Source of the DNA: Psilocybe cubensis
Taxonomy: Eukaryota
Direction of reading: 5' to 3'
Assembly: GCA_017499595.2 (NCBI GenBank)
Contig: CM039000.1
Location: forward strand, 3,224,001 to 3,288,000
DNA: 64,000 nt
Within the stretch, counting starts at the first letter, position 1. The number at the start of each line of letters is the position of its first letter. Below, piece by piece: positions 44,910 to 56,952 of the stretch. Made by a program: the position numbers and the translations under genes. The notes under the pieces were generated by a model. It worked only from the letters and a program-made list of their open reading frames with translations. It had not been told where the DNA came from and did no database searches.

Positions 44910-47580
44910 GTGTTTGTGTGGGTTGTGGTTTTGAGGTTTTGAGGGTGTGGGTTAGGTTGTGTAGGGGTTTTGAGGCTGGTGTGGGTTGTGTGGGTGGGTG
45001 TGGGTTGTGAGTGCGTGTGGGTAGGTGAGGTTGGGGTTGGGGAATGGGTGGATGCTTTTTTTTTTCTTTCTTTTTTTTGGCGCGCGTGTGTGGAATTAGA
45101 TTTTGGATTGCATTGGGTTCGGGTTCGGGTTCGGGTTCGGGTTGGATTGGCTTTTCTTTTTTTTTTTTTTTTTGGTCGGGTTTAGTATGTTGCTTGGTTT
45201 GGGTGGATTTGTGGGGTGTTGTAGATGGAGTGTGGAGAGTGGTGCGTGGTGGGATAGAAAGCCGTGGACGTACGTGGATTTGGATTTTAAACGTGGGCGT
45301 GGGCATAGACAGGATATGCGGGTGTGCGGGTGTGGGGATGCGCGCGGAGAGGGAAGACCGGGGAGGGAATATAGGATCACGAGCACCAACACGAGCACCA
45401 GCGCGCTATAACGCTTTGACGCTTTGACGCCGGCTGTGACGATGACGATGACGATGACGGATGCGCATGGGATCTAGCCGCGGAGTCTCTCGTACGGGAC
45501 ACATGTGTGTCTGTTTGTCTGTGTCTGTGTTCTTTTTTTCAGCCAGCCTGGCAAGAAGAGAGGGAGAGGGAGAGGGATTCCGACGTCGTGGTTACTTTTT
45601 TTGTTCGGTCAGGTCAGGTCAGGTCAGCGCTACGACATTGGAAAACCTCGACTTTCGACTTTCAACGCGCCGTGGTCTTTCCTTTCCGTGTTCTTTTTGG
45701 TTTCTGTCTCTGGATCGCGCCGTGGATAGATGAGATTTTCTTGGAACGAACAGGCTAGTTTGCCTTTGCCTTTGCCAGCCAACCATGCAGCCACCGTCAA
45801 CACCTATAGCACGAACAACGCTAAAAACATTGAACGACGCTAAATTCTCGAACAACGCCAAAAACCTCGAACGACGCTAAATCCTCGAACAACGCCAAAA
45901 CCTCGAACAATGCCAAAACCCCACTTCACATCACCCTACCACCTATCCTCACACTTTATCTTCATCTTCATCGCTCATCGACATCGATCACCCACCGTTC
46001 ATCCTATTATCCTATTAGAACGCCCGCGCCCCTCATCCAATCCTACAAAAAATTCATCTTTTCTCTAGTTTATGAAAAACCATATACCTTTTTTCTTTTT
46101 TCCTACGTCTTTCCTACTTTTTTATTATTTCATTTGCACCCTTGACGATTTTTGACATTATTTGACATTTAGTTTTTCCTTTGACTTTTGACTCTTTGAC
46201 TCGCTTTTTTTTATTATTAGTAGTAGTTACTTGCATACATACATACATACAATACATTTACTCTACGTTACTACGTTACACCTCATCCTTTTTTTTAACG
46301 TTTATGCGATGATGACGACTTGTTCTTTTTTTATTATTACCTTGATTATCTTGATTTGCTTGGTTTGCTTGAATTTTTTTGCTTTTTGCTTTTTTATATA
46401 CAGTTTCCGACTTGATTCTGATTCCGACTCTCTCTCCCACTGCCATCGCCATCGCCATCGCCACTGCCATCCATTCTCATTCTCATTCCTACCCCGTTCT
46501 ATGTTCTGCGTTTCAATTCACATATTCTACACCGTTAGCCTTCACCGTCATCTTCATCTTCATTATCCATCGTCATTATCCATCCATACTTCCATCCATA
46601 GTACTTCCATCCATACTTCCATACTTCCATACCTTACGTTCATGTCCAACTCGCATTCATGTTCATGTTCATGTCCATGTTCATATTACGTCCTCTCTCT
46701 CTCTCTCTCTTGCTTTTCTACTATTGTCAGTCGATCAATCAATAATCATTTTTTTTATTCTCTTTGCAGTGGATTTATATTGGAGCTGCGTTTTTGAGTG
46801 TTTGAGTGTTTGAGTGGAATGTTTGAGTGTTTGAGTTATTAACGTTTGGTGTTTAACGTTTGGTCTTTGCTTTTGCGTTTTTCTCTACTATCATACGGTT
46901 TTTGTTCTTTTTTTGTGGTTTTTTTTTTTTTAGTTTTTAGTTTTGATGATATGACTTCTATGACCCACTTACACCTAACCCCTGACCCCTTCCTCCGAGT
47001 TCGACCTCCGATTTCCCGCTTCTTACCTCTCAATAATTGTCAAACCCTACACCCACCCATAAAGATAGATCCTTGAAATGAACGAAACGAAAAACGAAAT
47101 TTTTGAATCATCTTCTGACTTTTTTTTGCTATTTTCTTTTTTCTGATTTCTGATTTCTTTTTTCTGTTTCCTGTTTTCTTTTTTTCCGTGTGTCTTGGTT
47201 TCTTTCCTCTCTATTCTCTCCTTCTCCTTCTCTCTTGTCTCTTTCGCATCTCTTGTCTCCTCTCTCGTCTCGTCTCATCTCCTCGTCTCGTCTCCTCTTT
47301 TTTGGTTCTTTACTTTTTTCATTTTTTCGATTTTGATTGGTTAGCTTGCTCTGCGTCTGCGTCTACGTTCTGCGTCCGCTTCGACTTGCGACTTGCGCTT
47401 GCCTTCAACTTTCGACTCCTCTCCTCTCCTCTTCTGACTCGATTCGTCTTTTCTCTATCTACTACATACTACCTACCTAGTACACAGTCACGGTACACAG
47501 TACACAGTACATAGTACGTACATACACATACAACACATACATATACAACATCATGCACATGTACATACCGCAAGCATATT
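44910..47580. repeat. Low-complexity, microsatellite-dense region (TTCGGG, GGTCA, GCCATC, poly-T, ~18-bp AAAACCTCGAACAACGCC units at ~45820-45920)
   Basis: Seen directly; no credible protein-coding ORF. Confidence 0.8.
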
Positions 47581-47823
47581 TTCAAAATTCAAAATTTTAG
47601 ATCAAGCAATGCGCAAAACTTATTCGAAAGGCGTAGCCAGTTCATCAATTTCTGCTTTAATGTTTTTGATTGTGAATGAAAGTTCAAGAATACTGTACAA
47701 AATATGACGACATAATAATTCTTGATGGTTATTGTCCAATTCTTAGCTGGGGGAATTGTGATGGACGACGAGGCGAGGTCCAACAGTCCAAGTCGCGTTC
47801 AAGACAAGAATAATAATTTTTAC

Positions 47824-49344
47824 TCAAGGAGAGTCATCGTAATCCCCCTCACGATCCAACATAGGCAAGATCCCGACACGCAAAGTCCGGCCCTGTTCAG
47901 CAAACTTCTTCCAGACGCCTCCCCTGATCACATCTTCGCTGTACAGCCGGTCCCTGTCCGACACCGCGCCCGCCATCCGCACTCTCAACTGCACCTGCAA
48001 CGTGCGCAGCACATCCGGAAACGGCGCCAACACCTCCTCAATGATCTCAGGCAAAGAAAACCACGTAAACGTCTGCAGCATGGTGTGATCTGGCATTCCG
48101 AAGAATGAAGCTTCGTTCTTCGCGTCCACGGTAAGAGTAAATGTGAGCTGGGAGATAAGCGGAGACGGTGCAGCCACCTCCGCATCGCGTTGCACGGGGT
48201 TCGTCAAGGACGATGGACAAAGGAGCTGAGCGAAAAGTCCGCGGAAATATGGCTCGAGAATGTGTGTGCTGGTATCGTGACTCGTGAAAAGCCCCTCAAC
48301 GTGCAGGTGTTGGATCCGGGTAATCTGGCTTAGCTCAATCAACGGCATATTATGAAGACCTGCGCGCCGCGTTATACACAATCAATAATGAGGAGAAATC
48401 AAAATTAAAGGACGCAAAGGAAGCATACCCGTTATACAACTCGGCAAGACGACACACAAGTTCTCTACTTGAGACCCCGCGCTCTGGAGATACGTTGAGA
48501 GCAGACTGAGCATCTCCTGCTCATAGTCGAGATTTAGCCTGAGCGTCTTCACTGATGGCCTCGGATTTTGGATCAGCATCCACTCCAGCACTGAGATGCC
48601 TGCGACCGTACTGGCATGCAAACTTTGATCCTGCGTTGGGAGCTGAGATGTTCGTCGTAGATCGAGCAAGGGCATTTGAATGGCGGGCCCGGTCCCGGTA
48701 TGCGGTAACAGAAAGTCGACGCCCCCGCCCTCGCAGATCCGTGTCCGTGTCCGTGAAGCCACAAGTCGTGTGGCGCCCGTCGAGATTGTCGGCCGTGATA
48801 TTGACAGCTTGGCTAAAAGCGGCAGCGAAGCAACGAATCGAAAGAATGACAGTGGACATTGCAAGCCAATCCGATGCGTCTCTACGGCCTTGACACCTTT
48901 CATCGCCGCCAAAAGAGCCCAAAATGAGTCTGGGATAGCATTTGAAGGGATGCCGGAAAGGCGGACGGAGCCCACGCGTTGCAGACGCTCGTGGATGCGA
49001 GAAGGGTTATCGAAAACATGCTCCTTGCGCACGCCGCCGCCAGCTAATTTTAAAGCTCGTTTTCGCGCCAATCGTTCTTGTGCACTTTTCTTGGGGTTTT
49101 CTTCACCCGTTATAACGAGTCTGATGATCGTGTTGGCGAGGCTGCTCCAAGGGGCGTCTAGTAACAGCAACAGTCGCTGAAATTTGCTGAACGAAATGGT
49201 CGTTTCTGAATACAAATGATGTCGGGATGCTGTCACGAGCTTGAGGGATGCGAGGCTGCATGCGTGAAGGCTTCTGCGGTCATCGTGCAGAAAGTCTATA
49301 ATTCCTTCGAGGATTTCTTGCGGGAGACAGGTGGTGAAAGACAT
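47824..49344 (-). CDS. F-box-like protein (2 exons)
   Basis: N-terminal LPQEILEGIIDFLHDDRRSLHACSLAS...ASRHHLY is the typical agaric F-box-like motif. Intron at ~48361-48428. Confidence 0.8.
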
Positions 49345-49970
49345 TTCCCTCTGCAATATGTGCTGCACGATATTTGTTTCGACGAGACGTGCTGCGAGTG
49401 TGGCCAAGTGGCTGCAAGCAATACAGACGACGACAGGGTGGAATAGGTGCTAACCAACCTGACCTACTGGGTTAGTTTTAAGGTATGCACGAGGAGCTCG
49501 TGTCGTAAGGGTCGACTTCGATATGTGTAGATCTATGGATAGCCGGACGTAGTGTCTGCCTGCTTTTTGACAGCGCAAGTAAGCGAGATGGGGACAGGTC
49601 TGTCGGAACTTCGTGCCAATAAGGACAATACACCGAGGGCGGAAGAGTAGAAAACCAAAGAAAAGAGGTGTCCGTGAATCCAGGATACTCGCAATCGTTT
49701 GGGAAACAATATCATAGTGACGACGGCCGAACGCCATCTGGCCCTTGTGCGCGACGGAAGTCATCAGGATCTCGGCTTTGAGGAGGAACGCCGACTCTAT
49801 GAGTGTTCAATGAATACTCAATTGCGAACCGTTCCGACTTAGGGGTCAGGGGGTTGCTAAAATTTGATGTCAAACTTGATATACATAAATAGATATTATG
49901 TTACAAACACCTTCTTTTCTCAAGAAATCGGCAAAAATAATCCAGAAAAAGATACGGAAAGTGCAAAATT

Positions 49971-50072
49971 TGGTTCAATCCAGGATCGAACTGGAGACCT
50001 TCTGTGCACCGAAGATAAACTTCAGTAAATCTCAATGTGAGACAGAAATCATAACCACTAGACCATTGAACC
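49971..50072 (-). tRNA. tRNA-Val(CAC) with a 29-nt canonical intron
   Basis: The minus strand folds as acceptor GGTTCAA/TTGAACC, D-arm TGGTCTAGTGGTTATGAT, anticodon stem TCTGT/ACAGA with CT-CAC-A, and T-arm TCCAG-TTCGATC-CTGGA. Intron at 50007-50035. Confidence 0.93.
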
Positions 50073-51458
50073 TGTTTTCTTATTTCTCATTTTCGTTACA
50101 CAAGGCTTGGCCATAATTAGTGCTAGATTTGACGGTTACGACGTGAGGCAACGTGAGGCACTGTTTTCCTCCTTCTGCCACAACTCAATTTGTCTTGCAA
50201 CTATATGCTACACAGACGACAATGGAGCACACTCATCTGCTCTTAAATTCTCTGATTAAGATACAGATGGCAGGTATACATCATTGGCTGATGCTTTGGA
50301 CTTTACTCGGATGTGACTCTATACTTTACGCTGAACTACGTCTTCCAAAGATTCATTCCATGCACCATCTCGACAAGGGTTCTTTCAATTAGTGGTGGTT
50401 CTGTTCCATTGTTTTTTTATTTTTGCCTCACTTTCATCACTGAACACTCATCAGGACAAAATATGAACTGCAATCGTGCGACGTCGAATAACTTTATCAG
50501 TTCCTGATAAGGTTCTCGAAAAAATGATACTCTAGACGCCGCCGCGTGGGGTTCGAAAGGGATCTCTCAGGACTGGCAGAGTCTGAGAGAAAGACGTACA
50601 AACCTACGGAAAACGCGTTTTACATTTCGCCAGATGTCCGAAGTGCGGCTCGGACATGCCAACCAAGGGCCATTCGCACGAAACTGTAACGGACACATCG
50701 TCTGCAACGATATTGAGCACGCATGACCTTGAGGCTTGTCATGCGCACCCTTGCTTATCGTTCCCTGCTCCTGGGCGACCTCACCGATTCAATACAGTCC
50801 AGTTTGCCAACTGTCGAACTGAGTGTAAACATGACCGAAGCCTACTATACAAACCGGCGGGGACCTTGTGAAATGCAATCATTCCCGTCGCCGAGACAAT
50901 TTGGACCACGCTAAATCCTGGATAGTTATTGTCAATTGGCACCTACGCAAAGCTCGAGAAAAGCGGATTGGGATTCATCATGGTGGTTGTCAACATTTCA
51001 AGACTCAATTCGTACATTGACGGTAGCACGCACACATCACTACGTTTTTTTCCAAATAATTCGTAGGGAAATTGCTTTCCGTGATTTTTCCGCCACCGGG
51101 CCTGCGAAGGCTTCAGATTTACCATCAAGTTGATGAGCATCCTCTCAATCGATGCCAACCCCATGGCTGTTAACCTGCGCACTTCCGCACATTCTGATTC
51201 CCCGCTGTCAGGCTATGATTCCCCGCGAAGGTACTTGTACTGACATCATTTTTATGCTTTAGAGGATCTACGTAATAGCGATCATTGGCATCCAATCGAC
51301 AATTTTCGATTCGATTGTCCACAAAGGTTCAAAAAATTTTATATACTTTTATGTGATCAACACATCCGTCAAAGTATGTAAGGTTAGTGAATTAATTCCA
51401 TGCAATATTTATATGAATAATCTCGAGCGTATTTAATGCAACTAAATCTACCCGATGC

Positions 51459-52765
51459 CTAAGGAATGGTTGGCCAATGGGGGGTTCTGGAAGGATTCAT
51501 CCACTCAGTGATACCAAATGACTTGTACTGCTTTTCACCAACAGCTCCTCCAGTATAGTTGGCAACCCATCTGTGGTAAACGCTGACGCTGGGGTTAGAG
51601 TTGATGTTAGTCGCATGGAATGCGACCTTCTTGTTGTCCGGAAGCACGAAGGTAACATCGAATTCAGTAGGAACAACCACACCCGCCTCAGTCGCTTCAC
51701 CACTTGGTGTGATGATCGAAATGTCCTTGGTTCTCTCACCAATAACGTTGCACTGGCTGCTGATGAACTGGCCGTTGTAGCTGATATGACCGCTATTGAT
51801 GTTGTTGGTCCCATCAATGGTGGCTCCGCTGAAGGTGACGAAAGACCACGGGCCGACCTCTGCGATGAGGACATACCACGATTTTATGAAATCGTTCATT
51901 GCGTTAGGACCCCAGTTGGAATCCTTGTAACCTGCACCGGAAAACTTGATCTTCTTTCCACCAAAGGTAACATCAACTGTCGATGGGCCAGCTAGATGAA
52001 TTCCGGTCAGATACTCATGCACACATTCTCTATGAGGATTACATACCCGGAACCGTGATTCGCCATCCGGTCTTCTTATACAAGATGTTTTCGGCCGCTG
52101 TCAATGGGCGACCATCTGAAACAAGCTTGTCGAAGAACGGCGAGTCGGTGACCTTTGTTCCGCCGCAGCCTGTACGGAATGAGCTTTCGCTGTTGATGAC
52201 GATCGTTCCCGAAACAACGGCAGTGTTGAGGGTAACGGTGAACTTCTTCAAGTCTTTGCTTGCGATGAAGCCAATTTCATTATTACCCCATGTGCCTTTG
52301 GTTTCAAGGCCGTTACCGGTTGCTGCAACTGTCGATGTGTTGAAAACCAGTGTCTGAGCGAAGGGGAGTCCGTCAAGATCGAAGCCGTTGACCTCGACCA
52401 AATACAAAGGACTATTCGACGTTCCAAATTGGAATGTATTGCCTGAATGATACTCAAAAAAAAATCCACTGACGAAGCCCAGGACCACATACCCCGCTTG
52501 AGAACAATCTCAATGGAAGGAGGCACGCCATTTGAAGCCGCCTTTTGGGATATTACCTGGGTGTACCACCAGTCGATTGCGCGGTTGTCAACTGCTGCAT
52601 CAATATGCGGTCCTTCCCAGTTGGCAACATCTGCAGCAGCGGCTAGGAGAGGGCCTAAGCGCAAATAATGATGAATATCCGTAACACTGATCCATGCAGC
52701 ATCAAAACGGCAATTGCCTTACCTAGTAAAGTGACCACTGTAAGTAGGAACTTCCTTCCAAGCAT
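51459..52765 (-). CDS. Secreted protein of the CrtC (hydroxyneurosporene synthase)/AsqO/Diels-Alderase-like fold, multi-exon
   Basis: Signal-like MLGRKFLLTVVTLL, then IDWWYTQVIS, FSGAGYKDSNWG, WYVLIAEVGPWSFV and YHRWVANYTGG. The family call is from motif memory. Confidence 0.6.
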
Positions 52766-53843
52766 TACTAGAGAGAGTTGAGTGAAGTATGGTGAAGAAA
52801 TTCTTTGGCACCTTCTTATACTGTTTTCTGTGATCTCCAAGGTTCATGTGGGGCCGCGACATATAATCATTCTATGTAAGTTGAGTAGCAAGTCAACAGG
52901 CTCGAATGGTAAGTACCCAGCGATCGAAACTTTTGTACCCATCTTGCCATATGGTGTATTGTTTCGGGATTGTGCAAACTAGCGAGCGTGTTCTTTACAT
53001 ACAATGTGACCCGCAGCCCACACATAGAGTAGGATTTAAGAATGAAGTCATCAGTTACCACCAAATCAAGTCATACCGCCAAGACTTAATTCTTAGGTAG
53101 CGAGTATATTCGACTTTAAGCGCCGAACACTTAATTTCTTCTTGTATAATAGTACTTATTCCAAAATTGTCATGTATTCTATAAGTAAGTCATCGCGGGA
53201 CTGAAGATTTACGAGAGGTCGTAAAGCCTCATAGACGCTCACTTGGACCCCGCCGTCTGTGGCCGGATCAACGCTTGGCTCGTTCTGAACGTCTCCCCGG
53301 AAAGCAGAAGGAGACGCCTTCTATGCGAGTTGCCATCCTCAGACATCTAAACTAGGTATCATGCATCAATCACTCAATGATACAAAAACTAAAACACATC
53401 ATCCAGTCTGGTCTTTGTCAGTCAATCTGTGGGAGTCGGCAAGGGTTCGGAGAGGTTAATCTTCCGACGAAACAATCACATCAAGCGGAAATGTACAACT
53501 TGTTGGAGACACCAATTATGCGTCAACGGCGAAAAATATCGTCTCATGAGGAGTCAAAGCATTGTTCTACTTGTGATTTGTTGAAATTTCGTCACTCGCT
53601 TTACAAGGTTAATATCATACATCCACACCTAGGGAAACCTAACGAGTTGCTGAACGGTGCGACAATGCTCCACCCGGAAAATCCTCGACTTCTACAGAAA
53701 GGGGACTCCATTTCCAATAAGTATTTAATACCGATTCTGAATTATGTAGATGATACGCGCCCTAAGGTGCTGCAAACGTAGGAAAGCAATACACCAAACC
53801 AAAGATCCGGAGAAGTCCTAAACATCTATGCCTTTCTGGATGG

Positions 53844-55688
53844 TTACAAAACAACTGACCAGTAGCGCTTACTGCCTCTGGTTTCTCTAGAAATACCATA
53901 GGGTGGGTAATTATGCGCTGGCAAAGAAACTGAGGAGGGAACAGCGACAGAGGCATCAAGGATAGGATTGTTGGCTGCTACTGTATTTGTGGAGCCAGTC
54001 ATCTCTGCGGAATTGGCCCCAGCAACCCTTTCAAGATTTTCATCCAATTCGGCATTCGCTGGTCGTAGAGGTCGATAAGAAAGCATGTCATCCAACCTGT
54101 TAAGTTGCTGGGCAAGGTCAGACAACAACTGCTTCTTTACAGAATATTCAACGCTTTGTGTCTGCCAAAATATAGCATCCTCCAAATCGTTCGCGTTGCC
54201 AAAATATTTGAACCGCTTAAAGAGTGCCATTGCAAACCGGTTAATAGCAGCAAAGCGGCCGGAGTCGTTCCCGTTATATAAGTGACCTATAATATGCTGA
54301 AATATGCGAATAACCTCGTCTATGTCTTCTTGTCGACTGCTGGCTTTAAATCGTGCGAAGAGAACAGTTACTAGACTAGTGAGCGATAGTAGGTGCGCAT
54401 CAGGATCAGAAGAAGGACAAAAATCCACAGCTTCGCGATTCATGGCAACAGCTTCATCCAGGAGACTAATTGGACTCCCAGAGCAATGAAATCGGAGCAT
54501 GATTGCGTTAGCAAGACTACACAGCAATAAATGTCGCAAAGGATGTGTTTCTGATAACAACTCTAGAGTTTTCTTGTACAAAACGATTGCTTCGTCCAAG
54601 TCGCATGCCGAACAATTCTGACTATACCGGATCAGCAGTGTGCTTGCTACGTCATACATCAGCCTAGCGCGTGTGAAGCTTGGGAGCGAAGTGCCTTCAT
54701 GTAGTATCATTTTCCGAAGTGTTATTACTTCTTCGATGTCATTGGGGTCACCAGTTATGTCGAATCTGCTCACCAGTGTACTCGCAAGAAGCTTAAGGGA
54801 CTCGAAGCGAATATGGCCAGTACCGTGCCTCTTCAACATTTGGCGAAGTAGAGAAATAGCCTGATTAAGAGACCCCAGATCAGGATCCATACGCACACCC
54901 AGCGCAAAACCGTCCGGGTCTCGAAACAGCCATTGATTTTGAGGGTTGCCGGAGAAAGTGGTTTCTGAAGGTAGTCCACATGCCACCACCTGTTCGAAGC
55001 GTAACGCGCGCCTGCATGCCTCTATAGTTGTGAGGTCTGAATACGCAGCCACACCCTGTGTGCCGTACTTGTGGATATGGTCCAATGCAGCATCTACATT
55101 CTCAATCGCAGGGCCTAGATGCGATATATCGCCTGAAGCGCGGAAAAGAATATACAGAGCGTGCCCCAGTGCACTGTACGCTTCAGGCAGTATGCGCGCG
55201 TACGGATCCACCGTGGGAAGCAGGTCAAGCGCGCACCTCAATGAACGCATAGCGTCGGACACAGAGCTCACGGAGATCGAGGCGAAGAACCGGAAAAGCG
55301 CCTCGTGCGCCTGTACAGCTGCTTGTCGTTTCCTATGCGCACTCACCTCCTGTGGGGCACTGAGTGTGGGGTTAACTGCCTGCAGTCCAGCGCGCAGGGC
55401 CATATGTTCATGAAAGTCGTTGAGCTGCCCCGTGAAGAGGAACCGGATGTTCAGTGCAAGAGCCAGGTCGCTCACCGTTCTCGATTGTGGCTGTGGTTGT
55501 AAATGAGCAGTTGGCGGCTGGTTTGCAAGCGCACAGCGAAACAGATCCACTGCGCGGTTCAGGTCTGCGAAGGGGATCTTGGCTTTACATTCCATGAGCA
55601 ATGATATGGCAGCATATGTGTTGGATAATGCCACAGTCACCGGGTCGCTGACACGATTGTGTGCCAGTGGTGCAGCGTTCGTAGTCAT
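53844..55688 (-). CDS. TPR-repeat protein, paralog of the N-terminal half of the TPR-CHAT gene, lacking a CHAT domain
   Basis: 614-aa ORF. FAAINRFAMALFKRFKYFGNANDLEDAIFWQTQSVEY aligns with YAAINHFAMALVGRFELLGKAGDLDDAIFWQKQCVEY of the CHAT gene. No HFACHG or CAC motif is seen downstream. Confidence 0.75.
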   Translation of the reverse strand: MTTNAAPLAHNRVSDPVTVALSNTYAAISLLMECKAKIPFADLNRAVDLFRCALANQPPTAHLQPQPQSRTVSDLALALNIRFLFTGQLNDFHEHMALRAGLQAVNPTLSAPQEVSAHRKRQAAVQAHEALFRFFASISVSSVSDAMRSLRCALDLLPTVDPYARILPEAYSALGHALYILFRASGDISHLGPAIENVDAALDHIHKYGTQGVAAYSDLTTIEACRRALRFEQVVACGLPSETTFSGNPQNQWLFRDPDGFALGVRMDPDLGSLNQAISLLRQMLKRHGTGHIRFESLKLLASTLVSRFDITGDPNDIEEVITLRKMILHEGTSLPSFTRARLMYDVASTLLIRYSQNCSACDLDEAIVLYKKTLELLSETHPLRHLLLCSLANAIMLRFHCSGSPISLLDEAVAMNREAVDFCPSSDPDAHLLSLTSLVTVLFARFKASSRQEDIDEVIRIFQHIIGHLYNGNDSGRFAAINRFAMALFKRFKYFGNANDLEDAIFWQTQSVEYSVKKQLLSDLAQQLNRLDDMLSYRPLRPANAELDENLERVAGANSAEMTGSTNTVAANNPILDASVAVPSSVSLPAHNYPPYGISRETRGSKRYWSVVL

Positions 55689-56186
55689 CTGTTCCGATGT
55701 GGTGGTATGGTTACAAAAGAAGTAATAAGGATGAATTACTGGCGGATAATTTGAGGTGGGTTAAGTCTTCAATAGGTTGTGATTATGGAGGGAGGAATGT
55801 GTGTTTCTTGCCACCGTGCTGTTGTTGTTCCCTGTGGTTTTCTCACGGATGGTCCACTGAAGGTTGCGCTGATTGACTCACCGAGTCATTATATCACAAT
55901 GGACTGTTGTATTTAACTGTCCAGTTCGAGAGTAGGAGCTAATGTACTGAAAAATTTGAACCAAAAGGTTAAATCTGGGGATACGAGTATGCTTGCCTTC
56001 AAGCCAAGTGACGGGCCCAAATTTTCTTCATGATTATCGAATGCTCGCAATTGAGGGTATGATCTGAGCATGTGTTTAAAGTAAGTCTTGAGGTTGAAAT
56101 CCGAGTCACTCAAATCCACCAAAAGCTAACCCGGCAGAACATTGGGCGATTAATTTCTAGTGTTTGAATTGGAGGTTAAAGCTTAA

Positions 56187-56377
56187 GGCCCTGTTCGGTA
56201 GTAACTCACGCCGTGAGTTACTAACTCACGATTTCCATATTTGGTGCTTTGTGACAACATTTACCACTGGCTGAGCATGGTCACCCATCAGTCACATCAC
56301 CCAATATGTACATCTTCGCCATTTATAGAAATCGTGAGTTGATAACTCACGACCGTGACTTGCTACCGAACAGGGCC
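56187..56377. mobile_element. Tourist-like (PIF/Harbinger) MITE, 191 bp
   Basis: 15-bp perfect TIRs GGCCCTGTTCGGTAG / CTACCGAACAGGGCC that extend imperfectly inward, flanked by TAA, with internal AACTCACG/CGTGAGTT repeats. Confidence 0.88.
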
Positions 56378-56952
56378 TAAAGCTTAAGAGTAAGCAAGGC
56401 ACCAAATTTGATTCCATCACGTGATAGAACGCGTCCTGCGACGCGGGGACGCGGAACATTTTTGCAAGATTTTTGACACGATGCAACTCCTAAGTAATCC
56501 AATGGGAGTCATGACCATTACTGGGAAATCAATATATATGTAAACTTAATTGTTACTGCACTAATATTTATAATGCTTGGGGAGGCTACAATTAGTAGAT
56601 GAGAGTAGTGGGTTTGTGGAGTTGTGCCGGAGAAGGAGGGAACAGGAGTGATGTGTAGAGGACTATTGGGCTGGAGGAGTCGGCTCGCTTAACCTTGAAC
56701 TTAGTTGAGCGTTCTCCACCAGACGCACATCTGTAGATATTTCATGTAGCAAAGTGGTTAATGTGCTGTTTTTGACTGTTAATCATAGTGCCTCGAAATC
56801 TTCTAGAAATTAACCACCCAAAATACTGGATTACAAGTACCACAAGGCGAATAGTGAGTAATCTACTGCATAAAACCGAACAAGCAACATGGGAATAACG
56901 AAAACGTAAACCATCTCTAGCTATCTACAAGTTCGACTCAAGAAACCGTCAC

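Noticed and set aside
45113-45143. (TTCGGG)n resembling an interstitial telomere repeat
   Set aside because: Only about four copies, not TTAGGG, and it lies among many unrelated microsatellites.
44869-47514. Numerous ORFs rich in F, S, H and K
   Set aside because: Products of low-complexity DNA with no domain or codon signal.
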